A DNA stretch of 63,233 bases, filler included, from Octopus bimaculoides (lineage: Eukaryota), in assembly GCF_001194135.2 (NCBI RefSeq). It is 8 parts of 7 records of this genome, joined end to end, with 100 filler letters (N's around TTAATTAATTAA, not from the genome) between each part and the next. Parts side by side here need not be neighbours in the genome. Positions count along the whole stretch, not along the records: positions 50,529 to 57,411 come from NC_068993.1; positions 57,512 to 62,112 come from NC_068982.1; positions 62,213 to 63,233 come from NW_026364672.1; 5 more parts are not named here. One strand, given 5' to 3'. How positions within the stretch are numbered: position 1 is the first letter of the stretch; every line of letters starts with the position of its first letter. Position numbers and translations under genes: made by a program. This document shows, piece by piece, positions 51,426 through 63,233 of this stretch. A model generated the notes under the pieces. It did not search any database, was not told the origin of the DNA, and saw only the letters and a list, made by a program, of their open reading frames with translations.

Positions 51426-51557
51426 AAAACTCAGAGCTTATTTTGCTGTGTATGATAGAAAGTGTCAGGTGTCCACAGCCAGCAGACTAAGGGAACACTT
51501 GTTTACTGGTCATGCTTCAAGAACCCTGCGAGGAATTCTTGCAGTTTCAAACAATAC

Positions 51558-51700
<143 letters not shown>

Positions 51701-52131
51701 TATTAATATTTTCAAAATATTGTTTAGAAGTTCAGTCAATTCTGAAACGATTTTGGCAGCAAAACAGTATCGTTGTCAAAATTCTTATTTCACTGAGAGT
51801 AATTTATGAAGCAAGTGGGCAAATATTCAAGTTATCAATTGTATTCTCATATGGTGAGAATACTGTAAGAGAAGCGTTCTGATTTTCTTGATGAATCTAC
51901 ATGACTGAGTTGTACTACAAAAGTATTATTCAGATGAAAAGAAAAACTTTCCTTCCGAAAGTCGAATAAATATAAAAGACGATTAAATCTTCGAATATAA
52001 TTTCAACATAAGTAGGGTGACGCCGTTCAAAGGAGGAAACAATTAATGCAGATACCACCATTGTTTTCAACAGACACACAGAAATACAAATGTGCGTGTA
52101 TGCATAAGTGCGTGTGTGCAAACATGAATTA

Positions 52132-52216
<85 letters not shown>

Positions 52217-52812
52217 ATACATACGCATACCCAAATAGGCGTAAATACGAAGTAGCGGGATGAAGTGAGCTAAAAGTAAGAGATATGCTTGTGTAAAGCA
52301 TTCATTATCTTTGCAAAACATTTCCGAGAATAGCTGTGCTGATTTATTTTTATTTTATTGTCTTTTATTTGTTTTCACTTCCTAGTTATGTCGGCGGCCA
52401 TCTTAATTGGATACAAAATTTAGAAGTGAATATAGCTATCTATACATCCGCTCTCTGATATTATATAAATTGACGTCCAGAATTTTTATATCATTAGGTA
52501 TCAACGAGATATACATCACGACTTGATTCGAAACAAACATCTTCATTATTTTTTTTTTCTTCAATGAAAGATATAGCATGAAATTAAAGCTTAATAAAAT
52601 AGATATTTTTTTGGTTTTTAAAGCCGCTTCATTTATCTAAAATTACTTCCGAAAATTTTATTCCAGGAAATAACAGATTTTGAAAATGCATATACGAACA
52701 CACACAAATGCACACACACATGCACATATACATATACATATGTGTGTGTATGCATGTGGGGGTCTGTGTGGATGTGTGGGTGTGAGTGTATGCTTACTGA
52801 TTGCTTGATAGT

Positions 52813-52880
<68 letters not shown>

Positions 52881-53719
52881 CACTGTTTCTAAAAACCGAA
52901 ATATTTTCTCTGAAGTATAGTTTCATGCGATCATCAAGGCGCGAGAAAAAGAATTCAATTTGAATAAACAATATACCGTGCATCATGGAATGAAGATTCT
53001 CTTTCTCTATCATTTACATAGAGTATCATTTGTGTGTATGTACCCTCTGAATCTGTCTATAATTTTACGATTTATACATACATACACACATAATACATGC
53101 ATGCATATATACATACATACATGCATGCATACATTCATACACATGCATACATACATATATAAAATATATGGATGAAGGCGCATATATACATACACACATA
53201 CATAAAAGCTATTGATATGTGAAGTGTATGATACAGATGTCTGCCATTACTGGAGGTAGCTTATGCACGCATGGTGTTGATTTTTTCGGTATACCTTGTG
53301 TACGTCTGCTGTTTCCAGAGATAAAATACTTGATGCGCTTATATATTTTGTTATCTTTCCTTGTGGATTCGTGCGGTAAATTGTATTTAGTTGATAAAAG
53401 TATAGATGACATCGCACATGTGGACATACGGACGCAATATATACGCGCGCGCGCGCACATAGACACGCGCGCGCGCACATATATACAGATGAACAGATTA
53501 AAATATACACGTATATACACATTAGACATACGTTTGTAATGCATTTGCGCCATTATCAAGAAAATCTATTCATGCAAGTTTTGTATTGTGTTCAATATTC
53601 TTCGATTTTAATGAAATATTCATCCAAGTATAAACTCGGCCGATATAAATCTGATTGCTGCGTTGGTCTTTTGAAAAGCGATATCTCACTTTGTAGTTTC
53701 TTGCTGTCTAGTAACGAAT

Positions 53720-53900
53720 AGCTTTGATTATTTGAGCCTCGAACACTTCTATTATCAATTGGTTGCTCATTTACTGAACGAAGAATTTTAGTTCATGTCA
53801 ATGGTAAATTGTTAGGAGAAACTGGATATTTGTTAGAGGGACTTAAGGCTTGTGTTTCAAGAATCATTGACTTTTACAATGTAAGCAGAAAATTTCTGCT
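53720..53900 (+). mobile_element. Possible very old LINE RT remnant
   Basis: IGCSFTERRILVHVNGK resembles W..SFL..R...V.VNG preceding the RT PQG motif. Little else is recognisable. Confidence 0.25.
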
Positions 53901-55072
53901 CAGCGAAATGTCAATTCTTTTGAACTTAAGCAAGCTACTTCTTGATCTTTAAAATCTCAATGCAAGTATTCAAGCATTTCTATTTGGTAAACAAATTAGC
54001 ACGTTTGTTGTTAATTATAAATGAGTAAATTAAGCCAATCAAGATTCCACTCGAGTTAATATTTGTCTCCTTATTTACCGAATGAAGTAAAGGAAGACAT
54101 TTCATTTTAGTTAATCAAAAACTGGAGTCAGGTTTCGACTCATTCATAGGTTAATTTATTTTTCTAACGTTACTGTTTGTAGTGAAAGTTTTGAATGTCA
54201 CAAAATTGTTTCATCATCCGTAAAATAATATTATTGTTGCTATGCCGAAATTTATCTATAGCAAATACTGGAATGGCAGAATTGCAGGATTTTAATATAT
54301 CGCATAGTTTAGTTAAATTAGAAACTACAGAACCGAAAATCTTTATCCAGTGTCTCCAAAAAAAGGTAAAAGAGCAATGAACTGATTTGAATACTTGTAA
54401 CAGCTTTTACTCCTAAAACTCGCCCTAGTTCAAAATGGTAGTGCTAAATCTGAGTAAGGCTACAACTCAACAGTTGAGACAATGTATCTATGGCGAGAAT
54501 TCCAAGGTCTCTGACCTTCTATTATTATGAAGTATAATTCCTCAATTTAGAATGGAAAGATAGAGGAATTGCAGACTGAAAGATTGTTACACTGATCGGA
54601 AATTTCTCTATAGCAAAATGTTCAATTTTTGGAACATTTTGTGGTGTGATTAAAACGTTGTCTTCAAAACCATATGGCACTGGCTTCCATCAATTCTGTT
54701 CGGAATTTTAAATGAACAGAAATGAAAGAAATTGAGAAATACTGCGACTCCTGTGTTATACAGTTAATCAGTTTAATACCATTAGCAGGTTTTTATATGC
54801 GATAATATATTCGTTGTTATTTGGTTTTAAAATTTAAAACTACGATTCCTATCAAACAAATTTTCAATATTCTAACAGGCGGGCTTCTAATACAGCGACC
54901 ATTGATACATTTCTACCTCCTTCGGTAGCCAGTCTAGAGAAACCAAGTTTATGGTTGCTAGACGTACTGCTCTCATTTAGTCATAACAAATTACATTAGG
55001 CATTAGTGAAAAAATAGAAAGCATGAATTAATCTAAGTATTCATGACAAGCATCGCTTGCATGATTCGAGTA

Positions 55073-55116
<44 letters not shown>

Positions 55117-55201
55117 CTGTGTGTGTGTGTGTGTGTGTGTCTGTGTGTATACATAATATATAAATACATATATATATATACTTACATGTCTATGTGTTTC
55201 T

Positions 55202-55270
<69 letters not shown>

Positions 55271-55439
55271 AGGCCATTTGTGAGGTCTTTCATAAATGCT
55301 ACTAGTAGCAAGGAGTCCAGTAATACCCATTGTATGGTCGGGTCGTTAGCGAATAAACCAGCACCTAAACTAGGCTTGTCTGGTGAGGATACTTGCTTGA
55401 AACCCAGCGGAACGAAAGACAAGACTTGTTGAAAGGACA

Positions 55440-55860
55440 GATGAACGTAGTGTACGTTAAATGGCTATCCAGCGATAACTCTGGCTCTCAGATATTCCTG
55501 ATTGATTTCCGGCTGCTTGTAGTGAGGCATCGCTTAGCTTTTGTAAAAGCGTGTTTCTAGACGGTCTCTTTGATATAAAACCAGATATGCAAGGAATGGC
55601 ATTGAACATTTTGTGGGTCATTAGCATTTGCATGAGATCACGACGTTCCCCCATTCTTGAACCTGCAATCCATACTGACACCTGATATTTTGCTTTGCCT
55701 GGATCATGAGAGTAGGGTGAAGAGGGTCTGTAAAGTTCTGAGAAAATCTTATTGGACCTAAAATTTCAAGATGAGCAATCACCAGCGAGGTGACTTTCCG
55801 ATGCAAGGTCAAGTAGGACCGTATTGATACAAGTACCAAACTGTATCCACCTCAACCTGG
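55440..55860 (-). mobile_element. Possible decayed LINE AP-endonuclease remnant
   Basis: RLETRFYKS*A...QPG resembles ..NT.F.K...TW..PG. The region is GC-richer than its flanks. Weak match. Confidence 0.25.
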
Positions 55861-56039
55861 CTCCTTTTTTACGGGATGACGTTGGAGTCGTGGCGGTGTG
55901 GTGAGATGAGATCTAAATTCATTGGCAATTTCTAGACTTCATTAATGTCAAACTTTTCGAACCATTGCATACATACTCAGCTACATTCTTATGTCAGACA
56001 AACGGAAGCTATATATACATACAAACATAAATACATACA

Positions 56040-56071
<32 letters not shown>

Positions 56072-57511
56072 CACACAAACACACACTCATACATACATAC
56101 ATACATACATACATAAAGGCATAAATACATATATATAATATGTATATATATATNNNNNNNNNNNNNNNNNNNNNNNNNNNNNNNNNNNNNNNNNNNNNNN
56201 NNNNNNNNNNNNNNNNNNNNNNNNNNNNNNNNNNNNNNNNNNNNNNNNNNNNNNNNNNNNNNNNNNNNNNNNNNNNNNNNNNNNNNNNNNNNNNNNNNNN
56301 NNNNNNNNNNNNNNNNNNNNNNNNNNNNNNNNNNNNNNNNNNNNNNNNNNNNNNNNNNNNNNNNNNNNNNNNNNNNNNNNNNNNNNNNNNNNNNNNNNNN
56401 NNNNNNNNNNNNNNNNNNNNNNNNNNNNNNNNNNNNNNNNNNNNNNNNNNNNNNNNNNNNNNNNNNNNNNNNNNNNNNNNNNNNNNNNNNNNNNNNNNNN
56501 NNNNNNNNNNNNNNNNNNNNNNNNNNNNNNNNNNNNNNNNNNNNNNNNNNNNNNNNNNNNNNNNNNNNNNNNNNNNNNNNNNNNNNNNNNNNNNNNNNNN
56601 NNNNNNNNNNNNNNNNNNNNNNNNNNNNNNNNNNNNNNNNNNNNNNNNNNNNNNNNNNNNNNNNNNNNNNNNNNGACAGACAGACAGACAGACGAGTGGC
56701 TTCTTTCGGTTTCCGTCTACCAAATCCACTCAAAAGTAAAAGATAGTAAAAGACACATGCCCAAGAATCCACGCAGTGAGACTGATCCCAGAACCATGAT
56801 AATGGAAAGCAAGCTTAGCACAGAGCCACGCCTGTGATATGTAGACACACATTTGTGTGTTTGTGTTTAAGTCTGTGCAAGTATGTATAATCTGAGAGTG
56901 ATACAAGAGATACACAAACAGACAGAGACAGAGTTGTAGATGGAAAGATACGTAAGTGTGCTCTGTTATATATAACCGTTTTACGTCCCTGTGTGGATAA
57001 AACCAAACTGCTGAAATTATTTTTAAAATATTTAATATTTTACTATAAATATCTCTGACTTCAACATAACATTATATTATTTTAGACAATTACTCAACAT
57101 AATGTTGATTTATAGTATAAAAATCACTTTTCATTTCTCTATGAATGATGGAGGCTTTACAACAAAACAACACCTCTCCTGTGAATTATTAGTGATGTTG
57201 CTTTAGAATTATTTTCCAACGGACAGAGTTAGTTTTATTAAGTTAACTCAGTCTATCGATTCTTCATTCTTTATATATTTATTTATTCAATCATTTCCTT
57301 GATACTAAGCATTCGTGCGTACAAACATATACAAACATATTTATTTGCGTGTCAATGTGTTTCTTTGAACTTGTGTTTGTATGTATGTATGTATATATAT
57401 GTATATATATANNNNNNNNNNNNNNNNNNNNNNNNNNNNNNNNNNNNNNNNNNNNTTAATTAATTAANNNNNNNNNNNNNNNNNNNNNNNNNNNNNNNNN
57501 NNNNNNNNNNN

Positions 57512-57565
<54 letters not shown>

Positions 57566-57929
57566 GTGTGTTTGTGTGGTTGTGTGTGTGAATGAGTGAG
57601 CGAGTGTGTGCGTGTGTTTGTGTGTCGGTGAGTGAGTGAGTGTGTGTATGTATGCACGCGTGACTGTGCATGGATGTCTGTGTGCATGTACGTGCGTGCA
57701 TGTGTCTGCACATTTATGTACAGTATATGTGTGTGTGTATGTTGCATCAGTAAGTGAGTATAGCGTTGGACTCACAATGTTATGTCCTTGAGTAAGACCA
57801 TTTCACATTGCTCCCATTTATTCAGTCGCAAAATGTGTACCAGTCAACACTGCTGACGCAGCCTTCTCTCACCCGTATTTTGACATCCTGGCTTGTCAAG
57901 AGTGGAAGAACTTTTAGTCAAATGAATCA

Positions 57930-58292
57930 GCACAGTACTTATTTTATTTTTTAAGCCTGACACTTATTCTATCGGTATCTTTTACCGAACCACTAAGTTA
58001 CGTAAACGTACTAACAGCAATGATGGGACACACGCGAACGCGCGCACACACACATACGCACGCACACATACGCACACACACATACGCACACACACATACG
58101 CACACACACACACGCACACACAACTCTATATATACATACACAACGGGCTTCTTTCAGTTTCCGTCTACCAAATTCATTCACAAGGCTTTGGTCTGCCCGT
58201 GGCTATAGTAGAAGACAGTTGCCCAAGGTTCCACGCAGTGGGTTTGAACATGGAACCTTACGGTCGGGAAACAAACTTCAGCTACACCTGCA
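57930..58292 (-). mobile_element. SINE family B, partly deleted
   Basis: cgggcttctttcagtttccgtctacc...ccaaggttccacgcagtggg. Confidence 0.8.
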
Positions 58293-59416
58293 GCTATTTG
58301 CAGAAGACTGAGTGATCGCGTACAGGATCCATTACTCGATAGATAAGAGGTTCGTAGATTTGATGTGAACTCACGAAGGTGAAGTTTAAACACAGAGAGA
58401 CTATTATGAATATGGAATCAACTGTCATGAATTAAAACTATATGTAGGGGAAATAACAATGTCTGTGTATATTTCGGTCGTATCAGACCTCCTCAAGGAA
58501 ACAGTGTTGTTGTTACTACAGATCTCAAATCACTACAGAAGTCTAGAATTTTCTTTGTGAATAAACACCAAGCAGCATAATAATTAATAATGTTAGTTGC
58601 AGAAAAACACTAAGTCTGCTAAAGCCAATTTTACTAGTTAGCTTTCTTGCAGCTGGGGTTTCTGAGTAAGACGACATTTATAGAAATTACACCGTAAATG
58701 AAAAATAAATTATTGTGCATGCAGGAATCGATCACTTTACGAGCAATTTTCAAGTTTTATAGCTATTGATATTTGAAGATAGCAGAACATAGACTAAAGC
58801 ATTCTAGCCATTGTCTCCTCGTCTTATTTTTTATGCGCAGATAACGCAGGATTACTGTAACAAAAGTGTATTTTTTAGACGGTAAGGTGTATTCTAATGA
58901 AGATTTAGCTTCTATTTCTAGAACCGTGAGTAGCAACAGAGAGTTCCCATCGCTGATTCAGTTTAGTTATTGTTTCTAATGCTGGTGTAGCTTAGCCCCA
59001 GGTGAGATAAAAGGAAGCTCCTTACACTCATATACACAGAGACACACTGATAAACACACACACTCNNNNNNNNNNNNNNNNNNNNNNNNNNNNNNNNNNN
59101 NNNNNNNNNNNNNNNNNNNNNNNNNNNNNNNNNNNNNNNNNNNNNNNNNNNNNNNNNNNNNNNNNNNNNNNNNNNNNNNNNNNNNNNNNNNNNNNNNNNN
59201 NNNNNNNNNNNNNNNNNNNNNNNNNNNNNNNNNNNNNNNNNNNNNNNNNNNNNNNNNNNNNNNNNNNNNNNNNNNNNNNNGGTGGATCTTGGTTTGGGTA
59301 GGAGGTGAATGAATATACAAGATGGGTGTGTCAGAAGAGACGGCAAGAGACAGAGCTAAGAGACAGATAGATGGATAGATAGCGAGCGGGCGAGCGAGAG
59401 AGAGAGAAAGAGAGAA

Positions 59417-59465
<49 letters not shown>

Positions 59466-60065
59466 AGAGAAAAGAGAATGTGACGTGAATAGAAGAACAA
59501 AATGAAATTTTGAATGGGGACAAAATTGAATATAAGTGGTTGGGGCGAGAAATTGAATACAATGAAAGAAAGGTGAACGGAGGAACAGGAAGAGGTGGTG
59601 GAAGAAGATGGGGGAAAAGAAAGAAGGGGAGGATGAAACAAGAGTAAGAATGATAGAGAAAATAAGGGAGAAAGGGGAGGCAGAAAGAAATAGTAAAGGA
59701 AGATAGAGACAGTTTTTGGAATAACAAGAGGACGAAGAAAACAAGTTAAAACTGTAAGGAAAAGTAAGAAAGAAAAGAAAACTGAAGAGAATTAGTGCGC
59801 GCGTGAATGTTTCATTTTTACCTGTCTATGTGTTCGTATGTAAGTGTCTGTGATAAAATATAACAAAGGAGAAAGAGATAATAGGAGAAATACTAAGAGT
59901 GACAATAAAATGAAATGAAGAATGGCAAGAATAAAAAAGACATGAAAGAAAATGTGTACTCGTTTTGTCTTTAAGATATATATGTTGAGAAAGAGAGAAT
60001 TTCATAGGGGAAAATATAAAATGTATGGTCGCAGGTACGAGAGAACTCTAAAATGACTTAGAAAT

Positions 60066-60066
<1 letters not shown>

Positions 60067-60117
<51 letters not shown>

Positions 60118-60208
60118 GATAGACAGACTGACAGACAGATAGACAGACTGATAGACAGACTGATAGACAGACTGATAGACAGACAGACAGACAGACAGAT
60201 AGACAGAC

Positions 60209-60266
<58 letters not shown>

Positions 60267-60319
60267 ACAGACTGATAGACAGACAGACAGACAGATAGAT
60301 CGATCGATAGATAGATAGG

Positions 60320-60357
<38 letters not shown>
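60067..60357. repeat. Compound (GATA)n/(GACA)n satellite
   Basis: Direct reading. Confidence 0.97.
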
Positions 60358-60619
60358 TTTGAATAGAAAGATGAGAAGATGTATTTAGCCTTACATTTCT
60401 TTTAGTGATATATTATTGCTCATTAAAATTGACATAGCGATTAGAAAAAATTCTCTTTGGTGGCGTTTGACAATAATATCTAGGTGGTTGTCTGGAAATT
60501 GTTATTCTCAGTGCACAACCGTTTTGTCAATCTCAGAGATATTTCATGGTTAGGTGAAGGAGTTACTCAAAGAAGTAAGGCTAAAACATGATTAAGAAGA
60601 ATGAAAAATTCTTTATTTT

Positions 60620-61040
60620 AAGAGACATATCACTGCACCAAACATTTAGGCTCGTAAACTGTTATATTTCGCCAAAGAGAAATTTGGACGATGTACACAG
60701 TAATGGAGAAGTAGATAGACGTATTTGAGGTGTAGATCATGCGCAGATTGGGTAGAATAAACTGGAAAAACAATGTAATAAACGTTAGAGTACTAGAAAA
60801 GCTGAAAGTCCAAAGACACCTATTGTCGAGAATCAAATCCAGAAAGTTATATTCGGAACATACAATGGGCCACAAATCACTGCCCAGAACATCCTGACTG
60901 GAAGTGCGGCGAGGAAGAGAGCTACAATTCGGCAAAGACGTATGTGGAAGAGCTTCATTGATTCTATGCAAGGAACTGATAAGTCTTGATAAGCCGATCG
61001 CTAGACACAAACAGGCTACCTAACTGATGTCTGATGATCC
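60620..61040 (+). mobile_element. 3' fragment of an RTE (BovB-like) LINE
   Basis: EIWTM...MEK*IDVFEV*IMRRLGRINWKNNVINVRVLEKL...LLSRIKSRKL...MGHKSL, ending in acctaactgatg. Confidence 0.75.
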
Positions 61041-61962
61041 AGTGCATATTTAATTACTGCTGGCATGAAACCTCGAACTATATTATGTGTGTTAATAAAC
61101 ACAATTTCGGATAACAATGGGCATGCAAAGAATATTTGATGCACGTTTTCTGGAGACCTTTCGTATATTCTTGTGTTATATTCCCAAACTGTTGAGGCTT
61201 GAGTTACAATGCAACATCTCCTGATTTTTTCAAATACATTATGCCGTGCCTGGTCATACCTAGTATATATACTAAGGTTTTGTATTAATATTTTAGCTTA
61301 GCATTTTATAAACCTATCTTAAATTCAGTCTTTATACTTTTATTGCACACTATTTATACATTAATACTTTCTGGATATATGCCATACAGTTGTCTATTAT
61401 TTCAATCTCTGTATATTTTTATTAACCTATTTGCTGACAGAAAATAGATTTTGTTATTTGTTCCTATTCTGTATCAAGTTTTTGTGTTTTCTCTACTGAA
61501 TATTTTTGTAATCTTACTGAAGATATTTTAAACTAATTTTCTAATTACAAAAAATCTCTACCTTCCCTGTTTCTTGTAATTTGTTTGATGATGTAGCCTA
61601 AAATATACTGGTGTTTTTTTAATTTTATTTACCAAGCTAATTAAATTATCTTCTAGTTGAGAAGATTATAACTATAAATTACTTGTGAAGCAGCTATGGC
61701 ATTCATATATTATCTTTATCTTTTACTTGTAAGACTGCGGTCATGCTGGGGCACCGCTCTGAAGGGTTTAGGCGAACAAACCAACATCAATACTTATTGA
61801 GTTTTTCAGTATGGTATTTACTATACCAGTCTCTTCCAGTAATTCAAGTTTCAGGAACGTAACAAGCTCAAAAGGTGGGGAACCAAACACAAAAGAATCA
61901 CCCCATATATATATCTACATCTACACACACACACACACACACTCACACACACACACATATAT

Positions 61963-62112
61963 CGCCCACGCTGCCGCACTTGCCCTTACCTCTCCAACAC
62001 CACCCTCCTCACCAGCACCCATCACCGACCCTATCGCATCACCGACTCCTTCACCTGCACTTCTACCAACATCATCTATTGCCTCTCCTGCTCTCTCTGC
62101 CATTCTCTGTAC
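61963..62112 (+). mobile_element. N-terminal part of a GIY-YIG endonuclease from a second Penelope-like lineage, cut by a gap
   Basis: An unlisted frame reads RPRCRTCPYLSNTTLLTSTHHRPYRITDSFTCTSTNIIYCLSCSLCHSLY (50 codons, no stop), cf. RPRC.TC...FTC.S.NVIYCI.C..C..LYIGET. Confidence 0.85.
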
Positions 62113-62514
62113 NNNNNNNNNNNNNNNNNNNNNNNNNNNNNNNNNNNNNNNNNNNNTTAATTAATTAANNNNNNNNNNNNNNNNNNNNNNNNNNNNNNNN
62201 NNNNNNNNNNNNATGACGTCATTAATGTGAGAGAGAAAGAGTAAGAGAAAGCAAGGGAGAAGGAAGAGAAAGTGAGTGAAGAGTAAAAGAGGAGGGAGGC
62301 AATAGGCGTAGTGACGGAAGATGTCGCTGAGGAAGTTGGGTTTGCTAAGCATAGCAGCCAAATCAGTCTCAATTTACACCAGCGTCCGAAGAACAGGTAG
62401 GATCTCACTGAACAAAGGTGGAACTAGATATAAAATAAACATGAAACAGATGGTCGTGGCTGGAACGGAGCCTTGGAACCTGCACAGAAAGTGATGACCC
62501 TACGGTTAGATATC

Positions 62515-62665
62515 CGTTTCTACTCTAAGCACAAGGACTGAAATTTGTGGGGAAGGGGTCAGTCGATTAGATCGATCCCAGTACGCAACTGGTACTTGAT
62601 TTATCGACCCCGAATGGATGAAAAGCAAAGTCGACCTCGGCGGAATTTGAACTCAGAACGTTCTG
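62515..62665 (-). mobile_element. SINE family A, 3' part
   Basis: aaagcaaagtcgacctcggcggaatttgaactcagaacg. Confidence 0.85.
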
Positions 62666-63233
62666 CCGGTCGCCTCCTTCCCCAGGGTCGGATTCGAATG
62701 ACATTTCGCCAATCGGGCAGAGGAGGAGGAGGAGTAAGTGACACAGAGAGAGAGAGAGAGAGAGAGGGGTAAAGAGAGAAAGGGAGCAAGGCACAAGAGA
62801 GAAAGACAGAGTGAGAAAAGGCAACAGGAAGGTGAGGAGGAGGAGGAATACAGACAGACAGAAAGAAAGGGTGGAGGGAAAAGGGGAGAAGAAACAATAC
62901 AACGAGAGAGAGAGAGAGAGAGAGACATAACAAGAAATGACGTAGTATAACAGAGAGAGGAAGAGAAAAAGAGAATGGGAGGAGGAGGAGGAGTAATGCA
63001 AAACTGAGAAAGTAACAATGAAGAGAAAAGAGATAAGAATCAGAGGAAAGAGATGTAATGACGTAATATTAGAGAGTGGGAGGGGGAAGGGGAGGAAGAG
63101 ATGGAGCATCTATCTGTCTATCTATCAATCTATACATGTTATTTGCAATCAAGAGGGACGGATAGAGAGATAGATAGACAGACAGACACAGAGAGAGGGG
63201 GCAGTAGGCAGACGTGGGACTGGTTGAAGAAGG

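Noticed and set aside
51448-51556. LREHLFTGHASRTLRGILAV resembling an RLE element C-terminus between (TTA)n tracts
   Set aside because: Too short and divergent to call.
52393-52404. YY1-like ggcggccatctt
   Set aside because: Isolated motif with no CpG island or other promoter evidence, and separated from KCNQ by two linkers.
59331-59790. Long S/L/F-rich minus-strand ORFs (also 62567..63109)
   Set aside because: Products of GA-rich low-complexity purine tracts.
61030-61075. CTGATGA...GAAA as a hammerhead
   Set aside because: It overlaps the (TGA)-type tail of the RTE fragment; stems I and III cannot be formed.

Overview
AT-rich, microsatellite-saturated metazoan genomic DNA. The SINE repertoire and repeat load look like an octopus/coleoid genome, but this is inference and not verifiable here. 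There are many N gaps and seven artificial N44-TTAATTAATTAA-N44 contig linkers, so adjacency across linkers is uncertain. The only host coding sequence I can support is the first coding exon of a KCNQ1/Kv7.1-like potassium channel on the minus strand (37542..37828, phase-2 GTAAGT donor). I could not find exon 2 in the 37 kb downstream. The rest is intronic or upstream DNA built from about four SINE-type families and decayed retroelements (R4/Dong-like RLE, RTE, Tx1, CR1/Jockey-group, Penelope GIY-YIG), plus a mariner fragment, LTR remnants and a probable Helentron-type non-autonomous element. The most notable observations are: (1) minimal Penelope-type hammerhead ribozyme folds, one with a G3:C8 covaried core (5272..5322, minus) and one degenerate (36559..36601); (2) a TSD-flanked solo LTR in KCNQ intron 1 carrying two internal tRNA-Trp primer-binding-site/LTR-end junctions; (3) a 5'-inverted (twin-priming-like) RTE insertion; (4) several closely spaced inverted SINE/LINE pairs that could form dsRNA around the channel exon. 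Repeat boundaries are read by eye and approximate unless stated as exact.
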